Shown here one piece after another: positions 37,646 to 47,474 of a stretch of 64,000 nt of DNA; positions within the stretch are counted from its first letter, which is position 1; the number at the start of each line of letters is the position of its first letter. The DNA lies in the NCBI GenBank assembly GCA_041395245.1, contig JAWLAY010000023.1, positions 7,351 to 71,350 of the forward strand, in the 5' to 3' direction. A program made the translations under genes and the position numbers. Source of the DNA: Lysobacteraceae bacterium. Lineage in GTDB: Bacteria > Pseudomonadota > Gammaproteobacteria > Xanthomonadales > Xanthomonadaceae. A model generated the notes under the pieces. That model was given only the letters and a program-made list of their open reading frames with translations. It was not told where the DNA came from and did not search any database.

Positions 37646-39841
37646 TCACTCCATGCAGCGTTGAACCAGGACATGCTCGGAACCCAAGGCCACCTCACCC
37701 GACTGTCGGCAGTCGAGCCGCAGTTCGGCCGCCTCGGCGGACTGCCCCAGGTGGTCGAGCGTCTTGGCCAGTTCACGGCTGACGTGCAGGTATTGACGTG
37801 ATGCCTGACGCCCGTCCCGTTGCAGACGACCCCGCAACTCGCGCAGCAAGGCGAGCGCTGCCTGCCACTGCTGCGTGCTCAACAGGGCATGCGACAGGGT
37901 CAGTCCGGCATCAATGGTGCTGCGGTGATCTGGACCGAAGATACGGTTGGCCGCCTGCCAGGCGGCGGTCGCCATGCTCTCTGCCTCCGCACTCCTATCC
38001 GCAACCAACAAGGCATAGGCGAGTCCGATGCGGTCATCGATCATGGGGGGACTATCGGCACCGAGCTTGGTTTCGTGCAGGCTCAGGTTGGTCTCGAACT
38101 GGCGAATGGCAAGCGGGCTTGGTTCCTTGTTGACCAGCGACCAGCCGTAGACGCGCCGCGCCAGTGCCGTCAACGGGTGCTCATTGCCCAGGCGCTGCAC
38201 TGACCGCGCCACCGCCTGCGCTGCGATCCGTTGTGCGGCAGGAAAGTCATCGGCTTCCATGCGCAGGGTGGCAAGACGACGTAACGCGACCGACTCGGTC
38301 GCCGCATCCAGTAGCTCGGGTTCGCGCAGCAACTGGGTGATTCGCTTCTCGATGCGCGCCTGCCGTTCCGGCGATGCGTGTTGCAGCGACAAGCGGACTT
38401 CTGCCTCAACCAGACAGAAGGTCGCGTAGGCCAGCAATGAAGGGGATACGCCGTCCTGCTGCAAGCGCTGCAGCATCGCTTCGCCTTCGCGGACCGCCGT
38501 TTCTGCTTCGCCCGCCATCGCGCGCCAGCGAAGCGCATCGGCAGCCAGTCGCGATGCCATCTCCGAATCCGGCGCAGCACGCGCGGCCAGATCGGCGGCG
38601 TTCCGCGCCAGATGTGCGGCCTTGGCATCATTGCCGAGGTCGCCTTCGAGTCCTGCCAGCGCGCTGAGCAAGTCCGCGCGATCCAGCAGGGACAGTTCGG
38701 TTCGATGCTCGGCGAGCACCGGTGCGGCGTCGAGCAACTGGCGAAGAGTTGCCTGAGGACCCAGGCTGGCCTGTGAAGCCTGACCAAGCAGTTCGCGCAG
38801 GAAGTCACTGACGCGTTCAGCACGGCGCTGTGCTGTCTCAGCTCGTTGTCTTGCCTCCTGCGCGCGCCAGTAGCTGACGCTGCTGACGACGCTGATGGCG
38901 ATCAATGTGATGACCAGAAGCCAGCGCACGCGGCGGCGGGCACGCTGTAGGGGCGCCCGCTGCAGTTGCGCGATGCGCGCGACCAGCACATCGGCACTGG
39001 GTCGTTTCAGCGGATCAGCGGCGAGCAGATCCTTGATCAACTGTCGCCAGTCATTTCCCAGTTGCGCTGGCAAGGTGGCTTCGCCCGGAAAGGCGCCACT
39101 TGCTGCGCGATACAACAGGACGCCCAGTGCATAAAGGTCAATCGCAGCGCTGACCGACTCACCGTTCATCGCTTCGGGCGCGAGATAGCGCGGTGTTCCC
39201 GCAGTCAGTCTCGATCGCTCGTCGTCCGAAGAAAACCCTGCGCCAAAATCCATCAGGATCGCGTGCCCAACGGCATCGAGCATGACGTTGGAAGCCTTGA
39301 TATCCGCGTGCACGATGCCCGCCGCGTGTACCGCCTGCAGCGCGCCCGCCAATTCTGCAGCGATCATCTGCAGGGCTTCGGCCTCCAGGCAGCCATCCCT
39401 CAGCAATCGCGCCTGCAGGGTTTCGCCATCGATCCAGTCGGCCCACAGACCAGCGCGATCCTGGTGAAAGCTCGCACCATGCACAGCCAGCACATGCGGG
39501 TGCCGAACGCTTGCCAGACGCCTGGCTTCGGCAACGAAATCGCGGCCACTGACAAGACCGGAAGGCGCGTCATCGCGCTTGAGCTTCAAGGCAACATAAC
39601 GCCCAAGGGTTGGGTCCCAGGCGCGAAACACCTCACCAAAGGAACCGTGATCGATCCGCTGCAATCGCTGCAGGTGCCCCCAGGATTCGCCCAAGACCCG
39701 ACCCCCAGCCAATGCGCGTCCAATCTGGGCCAGGCGAGACAGGCCGCGCGCGATTTTCGGGTCGGGCACCGACTGCGTGTCGATCTGCTCGCCCGATGCA
39801 ATCCGCTGCGCTGCCTCCAGCACCGGATCGAACGTTTTCAT
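37646..39841 (-). CDS. Membrane Ser/Thr protein kinase with a C-terminal TPR-like region
   Basis: GSFGEVF, VALK, HADIKASNVML, DFG, GTPRYLAPE, one TM helix, then helical repeats (LGNEHPLT, FGPDHRST). Confidence 0.92.
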   Translation of the reverse strand: MKTFDPVLEAAQRIASGEQIDTQSVPDPKIARGLSRLAQIGRALAGGRVLGESWGHLQRLQRIDHGSFGEVFRAWDPTLGRYVALKLKRDDAPSGLVSGRDFVAEARRLASVRHPHVLAVHGASFHQDRAGLWADWIDGETLQARLLRDGCLEAEALQMIAAELAGALQAVHAAGIVHADIKASNVMLDAVGHAILMDFGAGFSSDDERSRLTAGTPRYLAPEAMNGESVSAAIDLYALGVLLYRAASGAFPGEATLPAQLGNDWRQLIKDLLAADPLKRPSADVLVARIAQLQRAPLQRARRRVRWLLVITLIAISVVSSVSYWRAQEARQRAETAQRRAERVSDFLRELLGQASQASLGPQATLRQLLDAAPVLAEHRTELSLLDRADLLSALAGLEGDLGNDAKAAHLARNAADLAARAAPDSEMASRLAADALRWRAMAGEAETAVREGEAMLQRLQQDGVSPSLLAYATFCLVEAEVRLSLQHASPERQARIEKRITQLLREPELLDAATESVALRRLATLRMEADDFPAAQRIAAQAVARSVQRLGNEHPLTALARRVYGWSLVNKEPSPLAIRQFETNLSLHETKLGADSPPMIDDRIGLAYALLVADRSAEAESMATAAWQAANRIFGPDHRSTIDAGLTLSHALLSTQQWQAALALLRELRGRLQRDGRQASRQYLHVSRELAKTLDHLGQSAEAAELRLDCRQSGEVALGSEHVLVQRCME

Positions 39842-40389
39842 CCCAGCTCTCGTGCCAGATCTACGAGCGCCCGGGAAACCAACATGTGTGCCGCGTTGGC
39901 CGTCGGACGGTGCAGCGCTTCGGCAATTTCGGCGTAGTCCATGCCGAACTCGAAACGCAGAATGACGGCTTCACGCCGCAGCGGCGACAACTTTGCCAAG
40001 GCGGCCTCGTAATCGAGGTAGTCATCCACGGCCAATGGCGGATTCTCGATGGCGAGGCTCGATTCGTCCTCGGGCAAACGCTCGTCCAACCCGTGACGCC
40101 CAACACGCCGCAATTCCATGCGAACGGCATTCATCAAACTGGTGCGCAGATAGGCCAGAAACGCTCCCTCACGTTGCGGACGGAAAGCCGTTACACCCTT
40201 CAATGCCGAAAGCAGGGTGATCTGCACAAGGTCATGCGTGTCATTCAGATCACGCGCATGGGCGGGTAAACGGCCGCGTGCCCAACGCCGCAGCAAGGGC
40301 AGATAGCGTGCGATCAACCGCTCGCGCGCCGCGGCGTCACCATCGCGGACTCTATCGAGCAAGGTGGCTGTGGATTCGGATGAGAGCAC
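39838..40389 (-). CDS. ECF sigma factor coupled to the kinase gene
   Basis: STATLLDRVRDGDAAARERL..RY region 2 and LSPLRREAVILRFEFGMDYAEIA region 4; AGGAGG before GTG 40389; ATGA overlap with the kinase. Confidence 0.9.
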   Translation of the reverse strand: MLSSESTATLLDRVRDGDAAARERLIARYLPLLRRWARGRLPAHARDLNDTHDLVQITLLSALKGVTAFRPQREGAFLAYLRTSLMNAVRMELRRVGRHGLDERLPEDESSLAIENPPLAVDDYLDYEAALAKLSPLRREAVILRFEFGMDYAEIAEALHRPTANAAHMLVSRALVDLARELG

Positions 40390-40505
40390 AAATCCCTCCT
40401 GTGCGGACACACGCGAGGTCGCACCGCTTTCGATACGCCAGTGTGGCGATCACCGCCGCGGTCGCGCAAGCCGGCGACGCAATCAAGGCCCGCAGGTGGT
40501 CCGGC

Positions 40506-42236
40506 TCAACTTCCCGGACGCAGCCGCATCCGCTGCGGATACGGCGGTACATCGGCAAAGCGCCCAGCGTTCAGGCCCTGCTGCAGATCCAGCCACCACT
40601 GCACATCGAAGATATCGCCGTGGGCTTCCATCAATGCCTGCCGCAAGCCCGCGTCCAAGCCGAGGAACTGCGGGAACTGTTCGGGAAAGACATCGTTTTC
40701 GCCAACATAGAACCAGGCACCGCTGTGCATCTCTTCATCGTCATCGCGTGCCTCGGGCAGGGCGCGGAAGTGGCAGTCGGTGACGAAGCACAGTTCGTCG
40801 TAGTCGTAGAAGATTGCGCGTCCGTTGCGGCTCATACCGAAGTTCTTCAGCAACAGGTCGCCGGGGAAAATATTGCTGCGCGCCAGATCCTTGATCGACT
40901 GACCATAGTCGACGATGGCGGCGACGGCCTTGTCGCGCTCGACTTCACGCAGGTACAGATTGAGCGGACGCAGGCGCCGTTCGACATAGCAATGCCGCAC
41001 GATCAGGTCATCGCCGTCCTCGTGCACGCTTTCGCTGCAGCCTTCCACCAGCTCGGTCAGCAACTCGGGCGCGAACTGGCGCTTGGGGAAACGCAGATGG
41101 CGGAACTGCTGCGCATCGACCAAGCGCCCGGCGCGGTCGTGGTTGAACACCAGGCGGTACTTCTCCTCGACTTCCGCGCGAGCCACGTTCTTCGGGTAGG
41201 CGAACTTGTCGCGAATCAGCTTGAACACCACCGGATACGAGGGCAGTGTGAATACCGCCATCACCATGCCGCGTTCGCCCGGCGCGTTGACCAGCAACTC
41301 CTCGGGCTGGCGCTGCAGGTGGGCGAAGAAGTGCCGATAGCGCTCCGTCTTGCCCTGCTTGGCGCGTCCCAGCACGGTATAGATTTCGTCGACCGGCTTG
41401 TGCGGCACCAAGGTGCGCAGAAACACCACGGCATCGCCGACCGTCTCCAGATCGGCATGGAAGTAGCTGCGCGTGTAGCCGAACAGCACGCTGACCTGTT
41501 CGCGCTGGGTAATCACCGCATCGGCACGAATGCCGTCGTCGGTATTCATCAGCGCGATCACCAGCGGCGAGAAGCGGAACTCACCGAACACCCGCCCAAC
41601 CAGATACGCACGCCGCTCGCGATAGAACACCGTCTGCATCAACTCGATGGCCCGCACTGCCGGGGCATCCCAATGCGCCAGGTGGGCGCGCAGCGCGTCG
41701 GCAATCTGTTGCGCGCAGGCGGTCGGATTCACATGCGGCACACGGAACGCGTAATCCTGCAGGATGCGTTCGACCACGCCTTCCAGATTGTTGATCGCGG
41801 TGTAACTGCGGCGTGCCACCGGATGCGAAATGCGCTCGGTCGGCTCGATCTCCAGCGCCACGAACTCCACATCCGCATCCACGCCCTGGGTACCGAAAAA
41901 ACGTCGCGTCAGGGTGTTGAAAAAGGTCTTGTACAACTCGCCATCGACCAGTGGCTCGATCAGTTCGGCGAAGCGCCGTCGTACTGCCTTCCACAAGGCC
42001 CGGTCCTGCGCCTGCGCACCCAACTGCACCACCAGACGTGCGCGAATGGCGGCGATGCACTGGTCGTACAACTCGATGCGCTCCACCGCATCGCTTTTCG
42101 CCGCCAGCCACGCGCGCTGCTCAAATCGCGACTTGGCGCGCTGGGTGATCTCGCGAAAGCGCGCGTGGTAGTCCTCGAAGGCATCATGAATCGCCTGCGC
42201 CACGTTGTCCGCCAGCGGTGGCGGCGGCGAAGTCAT
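40506..42236 (-). CDS. aceK: Isocitrate dehydrogenase kinase/phosphatase
   Basis: APGERGMVMAVF, VFKLIRDKF, HDRAGRLVDAQ and IFPGDLLLKNFG...YDYDE. Confidence 0.95.
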   Translation of the reverse strand: MTSPPPPLADNVAQAIHDAFEDYHARFREITQRAKSRFEQRAWLAAKSDAVERIELYDQCIAAIRARLVVQLGAQAQDRALWKAVRRRFAELIEPLVDGELYKTFFNTLTRRFFGTQGVDADVEFVALEIEPTERISHPVARRSYTAINNLEGVVERILQDYAFRVPHVNPTACAQQIADALRAHLAHWDAPAVRAIELMQTVFYRERRAYLVGRVFGEFRFSPLVIALMNTDDGIRADAVITQREQVSVLFGYTRSYFHADLETVGDAVVFLRTLVPHKPVDEIYTVLGRAKQGKTERYRHFFAHLQRQPEELLVNAPGERGMVMAVFTLPSYPVVFKLIRDKFAYPKNVARAEVEEKYRLVFNHDRAGRLVDAQQFRHLRFPKRQFAPELLTELVEGCSESVHEDGDDLIVRHCYVERRLRPLNLYLREVERDKAVAAIVDYGQSIKDLARSNIFPGDLLLKNFGMSRNGRAIFYDYDELCFVTDCHFRALPEARDDDEEMHSGAWFYVGENDVFPEQFPQFLGLDAGLRQALMEAHGDIFDVQWWLDLQQGLNAGRFADVPPYPQRMRLRPGS

Positions 42237-42331
42237 CTGAGTTTCCACTGGCAAGCTCCCGCAATCTGACCGAGCCAGCATAACGATCACGGATGCACTG
42301 CCAAGATGGGTTGGATCAAAGTCGTGGGCGA

Positions 42332-43294
42332 CTAGCGTGGAACGTTGGCCCCAAACACGATGTGCACCAAGTATTCACCAGCACTGCCAAGCGCGGCAGG
42401 AACTTCCTCCGCGCTAGAAAAGAAGTGGTGTTGGCTCCCTCTCACGCCTTCAAACACCCACGCTCGCGTGTCCAGGCCATGACCCCAACCAAAGTAGTAT
42501 CGAGTCCAGAACTCGCCCATCTCGATCAACCGACGAAACACATTCACCTGGCGGCGTGAAATATGGCGTTGCGTGATTTTGGGCGTCGAACTCAGCTCGT
42601 GATCCCACGGCACCTCATACGCAGTAACGTCAGCATCGCCGCCTTGCAGCAGACGAACGTCGATCAGGATCGAACGAGAAAACGCAGGGATGACCTCAAC
42701 CCGAAATTGCTCTGACCCAAAGCTCGTTGACAGAGGTTCCAATCCCAGCCTGGTGACGTCTTGAACGTACTCGTCGACGAAGTTCCCTTCCGCCGAGATC
42801 TTCGACAGTTGGTCCAACAACTTCGATTCAATTAAATCCACCTCAATCTGCCTGGCGTCGGTCACATTGACCTGCGTTTGGTAGTAATACTGGCCCGTAG
42901 GCTTCCCGTTGGCATAGAAGTGGATCGTCGTGCGGATAGCGCTGCCACGCACGCGAATGGTCTTGTCCTTGAGCGAAATCCTTGGATGATCGCCGAAACG
43001 CTCGGTGAGCTGCCTTGCCGCGTCGGGTGTAATGGTTACCGTGAGATTGCGCTGATCGCGATAGTCGAGTTCGGAGTTCAGATAGGTCAGCTGACCTTGC
43101 GTACCGGTCGCCTGTACCCGCATCGCAAACACCCCATCGACACTGGCCGGTGCAACGCTGGCGGCCATGAAGATCGCCTGCTGCGGGGTAAGCAGGTCCT
43201 GCCCGGACCCGGCCGTCTGGCGGCTGGTGGGGACGTTCGCGCAACCCACAAGACTCATGAGTACTAAAAAAATCGTTGCAACCTGTCCTTTCAC
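42332..43294 (-). CDS. Two-domain hypothetical lipoprotein
   Basis: Lipobox LVG|C; N-terminal YLNSELDYRDQRNLTV...YYYQTQVNV..A.QIEV domain plus about 170 unrelated residues; start GTG 43294 inferred. Confidence 0.6.
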   Translation of the reverse strand: MKGQVATIFLVLMSLVGCANVPTSRQTAGSGQDLLTPQQAIFMAASVAPASVDGVFAMRVQATGTQGQLTYLNSELDYRDQRNLTVTITPDAARQLTERFGDHPRISLKDKTIRVRGSAIRTTIHFYANGKPTGQYYYQTQVNVTDARQIEVDLIESKLLDQLSKISAEGNFVDEYVQDVTRLGLEPLSTSFGSEQFRVEVIPAFSRSILIDVRLLQGGDADVTAYEVPWDHELSSTPKITQRHISRRQVNVFRRLIEMGEFWTRYYFGWGHGLDTRAWVFEGVRGSQHHFFSSAEEVPAALGSAGEYLVHIVFGANVPR

Positions 43295-43520
43295 GGCGCG
43301 GATTCCGCATCTCGAGGTCAATCTTGATCGTACTGCACCCGCACCCAGCTCAGGCACCTGAGTTCACTGGGCGAACCTTGAGGCTTGTCAGGCTGCGATG
43401 GCTGACTTGGCTTCACCGGGCATCGCGGCAAGGACATCCCGGGCTTACACGTGCATAGGTTCGGTTTCGTGTGGCATGCAAGCAGGGTGCGATAATGCGT
43501 TTTTCTTGTTGGAACCGTTC

Positions 43521-43865
43521 ATGAGCACGCTACCGCCCTGCCCCAAATGCCAATCCGAATACACCTACGAAGACGCTGGTCAGTTGATCTGCCCCGAGTG
43601 CGGGCATGAGTGGAAGCCTGGCGCGGAAGCAGAGTCGGCAGCGGAAGAGTCCCGGATCATCAAGGATGCCAACGGCGCCGTCCTCACTGACGGCGACACG
43701 GTCACAGTGATCAAGGATCTGAAGGTCAAGGGTTCTTCGCTGGTGGTCAAGGTCGGCACCAAGGTGCGCAATATTCGTCTGGTCGATGGCGATCACGATA
43801 TCGACTGCAAGATCGATGGCATTGGTGCCATGAAGCTGAAATCGGAGTTCGTCAAAAAGGCTTGA
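43521..43865 (+). CDS. phnA: PhnA/YjdM zinc-ribbon domain protein
   Basis: [25 protein letters not shown]...[21 protein letters not shown]. Confidence 0.9.
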   Translation: MSTLPPCPKCQSEYTYEDAGQLICPECGHEWKPGAEAESAAEESRIIKDANGAVLTDGDTVTVIKDLKVKGSSLVVKVGTKVRNIRLVDGDHDIDCKIDGIGAMKLKSEFVKKA

Positions 43866-43915
43866 TACGGTCGGACCGCCCGCGCGCCATGCGTGGCGGT
43901 CCGTACGGCCTGCAC

Positions 43916-44788
43916 TCAACTGGATTGGTTGAGCACCGCCGGCAACAGATCCAGCGCCTGCAGGATGCGCTTGCCCAGTTCAGTGCGCTGCGGGCCCTGA
44001 GTCCAGTCCTGCACATCGATATTCAGTGCGAAGGCGAATACTTGCCCGTCGCGCTCAACCCAGCCGACCCACCAACCAATGCCCTGGCCGTCGTCCGGCA
44101 GGGACATCCCGGTCTTGGCGTGCAGCGCCCAGTCGCGCCCTAGCGCATCACTACCCTCAGCCTGGCGCGTGATCTCGACCACGGCGTCCTGCGCTGATCG
44201 CGTCACGGGCAGCTCACGCCGAGCCAGTCGCGTCAGGAATCGGGTTTGCTCGATGGCGCTGATCTGCAGGGGACCGCGCAACCAGAATTGATCGACAACG
44301 TCTCCAATCTCGCGGTTGCCGTAGTCGAACAACCTCACCATGGCCTGCATGCGCTCCAGGCCCACGCGACGCGCCAGTTCCTGATAGATCGGCACATTGG
44401 AGACGATGATCGCCTCGCGCAAACCCATGTCTTTTTCCCAGCTCGGCAGAAAGGCCTTGCCTCCGCCCCAGGGCAGCACTTCATCCACACTGCTGATCGC
44501 ACCGGTCGCCAGTCCGATCACACTGCTGGGAATCTTGAACGTGGAGGCGGGCAGAAAGCGGGTCGCCGCGCGTTCGGCGTTGTGGCCGAGATAGACGCCG
44601 GTCTGCGCATTGAACAACACGAAGCAGCCGTGCAATCCGGCCTGCTCAAAGGCGCGCGCGACGCGGGCATCTTCGACAAACACCGCATCCGCCGCATCGG
44701 CGGCGACGCAAGCGGTGGCAGTGAGGGCGAGCACGAGACGCGCACCGAGTGCAAACAATCGACGCCGGGGCAGACTCAGATCCGACAT
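43916..44788 (-). CDS. blaOXA: Class D (OXA-type) serine beta-lactamase
   Basis: STFK (ASTFKIP), SxV (SNV), YGN, FWL.GPL.IS and KTG motifs in correct order; N-terminal export signal. Confidence 0.9.
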   Translation of the reverse strand: MSDLSLPRRRLFALGARLVLALTATACVAADAADAVFVEDARVARAFEQAGLHGCFVLFNAQTGVYLGHNAERAATRFLPASTFKIPSSVIGLATGAISSVDEVLPWGGGKAFLPSWEKDMGLREAIIVSNVPIYQELARRVGLERMQAMVRLFDYGNREIGDVVDQFWLRGPLQISAIEQTRFLTRLARRELPVTRSAQDAVVEITRQAEGSDALGRDWALHAKTGMSLPDDGQGIGWWVGWVERDGQVFAFALNIDVQDWTQGPQRTELGKRILQALDLLPAVLNQSS

Positions 44789-44930
44789 GGTGAACTTCCT
44801 GGGTGAGGGAGTTGCCATGCTCAACAAGGATGATGCAAAAACGCGGGCAACTCGCAGGCAATCCGCTGATGGCCCCTGGCGGCATCGACGTTATCGATGC
44901 CGCCATGCAGCTCTAGGCAACCGGCGGCCA

Positions 44931-47456
44931 TCACGCCGCGCTTTGCAGGCCTTCGGCAGGTGGACGCGGTCCGGTGGTCTTCTTCCACAGCAGGACGCGC
45001 AGGATGGCGGGCATCAGCACCACGGCGCCGATCATGTTCATGACGAACATGAAGGTCAGCATCAAGCCCATGTCCGCCTGGAACTTGAGGTCGGAGAACA
45101 CCCAGGTGCCTACGCCCGCCGCCAGCGTCAGCGCGGTATAGAAGATCGCGATACCGGTGGTCTTGAGCGCAATGAAGTAGGAATCGGTGAGTGAGTGGCC
45201 CGCTTTCATGGCTTCTGCCATGCGCGCATAGATGTAAATGCCGTAGTCGACACCGATGCCAACGCCCAGGGCGACGACGCAAAGCGTGTTGACCTTCATG
45301 CCGATGCCCAGATGCACCATCAGGCTATGGCCCAGTTCGGTCACCAGAACCAATGGCAACAGGATGCACAGCGCTGCCAGCAGGCTGCGGAAGCTGATCA
45401 GGCACATCACGAACACAGCGGCGTAGAGCAGATACAGGATGGTGTGCTCGGACGCACGCACGGTGTCGTTGATTGCCGCCATCACGCCGATGTTGCCGGT
45501 TCCGAGGCGCAGGTTGACCGCATCGGTATGCCATTCCTCGCCCGTTTCGCTGGCGGCGGCGATGGCCTTGTCACGCTCGACGCGGAAGTTCACGTCATAG
45601 GCCTTGTTGTCCTCGCGGAACTGCTTCACCGCAGCGACGATGCGATCGATCGTGGTCGCCTTGTGATCACTGAGGAACATCATGATCGACATCGCGCTGC
45701 AGTCGGAATTGAGCAGACCGGAGTCGGTCTCGAAGCTCTGCGTCGCCAGCCGCAACGAGTCGCCATCGCGAGGCAACGTGCGCCAGCGCACATTGCCCTC
45801 GTTATAGCCCGCATATACCAGCTTGGCCGCAATCGGCAGGGTCATGATCTGTTCGACCCCTTCGACGTTGCGCATGTGCCAGGCAAAGCGGTCAATGGTT
45901 TCCATCGCCGGATAGCTGGTGGTGCAGGCGGACGGACCCGCCTCGGCGATCACATTGAGAATGTCGACGCCCAGCGCGAACTTGCTGCTGATCATCTCGG
46001 CATCGCGGTTGTAGCGCGCATCCGGCCACAGCTCGGCCACGCCCGCCTGGGCGTCACCGGTCATCACCTTATCGCCTTCGCGTTCGGCAAAGAACCACAG
46101 CGTGGTGGCCGCAGTGACCAGAATGATGGCGGGAACCGGACGGCTGCCCTTCGCAAGGAACGCCCAGATGCGGTCGAACTGGGTCAACTGGCGCAGGCGG
46201 TATTCGCGCTTGCGGTCGAGGTTGCGCAGACGCGTATAGCTCAGCAGCACCGGCAACAAAACCAGATCGGTAAGAATCGTCAGGGCGACGCCGACGGTGG
46301 CCGTGATGGCCAGTTCGCGCACCATGTCGATGGGAATGACCAGAATCGCGCCAAAGCCGATGCAACCCGCCAGCAAGGCCACGGTGCCCGGAATCAGCAG
46401 CATGCGGAATGACGAGCGTGCGGCTTCCAACGGACCGACCGCATCCTTGGCACGCGCACGCAGCTCTTCGACCGAACCTTCCTCAAGCCCACCGAAGAAG
46501 ATCTCGCCACGGAAACGGTTGATCATCTGCTCGCCATGGCTGACCGCGATGGCAAAGATCAGGAAAGGCGTCAGCATGTTCATTGGATCGATGCCAAAGC
46601 CCATCAGGCGCAGTGCGCCCAACATCCACACCACCGAGATCAAGGCCGCGAACACGGTGAGACTGGCCAGCTTGCCGGATGTCGAATACAGGAACAGCAA
46701 CAGCCAGGTCATGCCGATGGTGAGGAAGAAGAATCCCACCACCGAACGCGCCCCATCGGCGATGTCGCCGACCATCTTGGCGAAGCCGATGATGTGCACC
46801 GTGACCTGATCGTTCTCGTAGTTCTGTCGGATCGCTTCGAACTGCGCCGCAACGGCCTGGTAGTCGAGCTTCTTACCGGAATCTTCGGGAATCAGGTCAG
46901 CCCAGACCATCGCGCCGCTGAAGTCCTTCGACACCAATCGTCCGACAATCCCGGCCTTGACGATGTTGCCGCGCACGGTCGCGAAATCATCCTCGGTCGC
47001 CGTCCAGCCTTCGAGGTTGGGGGTGAACTCGGGTGGAATCACGTTGCCGCCGGCGAAGCCGTCTTCCACCACTTCGACGAACCGGACGTTCGGGGTAAAG
47101 ATCGAACGCACCCGCGCGTCATCGGTTTCTTCGATGGCAATGACATCCGCCGTCACCTTCTCCATGGTCTGGAAGAAGGGTTGGGTGAACATGTTGCCGT
47201 CCTTGGCCACCACGGCCAGCAGCACACGATTGGCACCGCCGAAATCCTGCTCGTACTGCAGGAAGGTCTGCATGTATTCGTGGTCACGCGGAATCTGCTT
47301 CTTGAAGCCCGCGTCGACCTTCAACTGGGTGGCGAAATACAGCATCACCACGGTGACCACCGCAAACAGCGCGAGCACGATGGGGCGCGAACCAAACACC
47401 AGTGACTCAGCGAAACGATGGAAGGCGGTGGGCTTGAAGTTGGAGCTGATGGCCAT
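44931..47456 (-). CDS. RND/MMPL-family membrane transporter
   Basis: Duplicated architecture with FAIAVSHG and LGVGIGVDYGIY helices and two large periplasmic loops. Confidence 0.9.
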   Translation of the reverse strand: MAISSNFKPTAFHRFAESLVFGSRPIVLALFAVVTVVMLYFATQLKVDAGFKKQIPRDHEYMQTFLQYEQDFGGANRVLLAVVAKDGNMFTQPFFQTMEKVTADVIAIEETDDARVRSIFTPNVRFVEVVEDGFAGGNVIPPEFTPNLEGWTATEDDFATVRGNIVKAGIVGRLVSKDFSGAMVWADLIPEDSGKKLDYQAVAAQFEAIRQNYENDQVTVHIIGFAKMVGDIADGARSVVGFFFLTIGMTWLLLFLYSTSGKLASLTVFAALISVVWMLGALRLMGFGIDPMNMLTPFLIFAIAVSHGEQMINRFRGEIFFGGLEEGSVEELRARAKDAVGPLEAARSSFRMLLIPGTVALLAGCIGFGAILVIPIDMVRELAITATVGVALTILTDLVLLPVLLSYTRLRNLDRKREYRLRQLTQFDRIWAFLAKGSRPVPAIILVTAATTLWFFAEREGDKVMTGDAQAGVAELWPDARYNRDAEMISSKFALGVDILNVIAEAGPSACTTSYPAMETIDRFAWHMRNVEGVEQIMTLPIAAKLVYAGYNEGNVRWRTLPRDGDSLRLATQSFETDSGLLNSDCSAMSIMMFLSDHKATTIDRIVAAVKQFREDNKAYDVNFRVERDKAIAAASETGEEWHTDAVNLRLGTGNIGVMAAINDTVRASEHTILYLLYAAVFVMCLISFRSLLAALCILLPLVLVTELGHSLMVHLGIGMKVNTLCVVALGVGIGVDYGIYIYARMAEAMKAGHSLTDSYFIALKTTGIAIFYTALTLAAGVGTWVFSDLKFQADMGLMLTFMFVMNMIGAVVLMPAILRVLLWKKTTGPRPPAEGLQSAA

Positions 47457-47474
47457 GGTCTATGTCGTCCCTGA

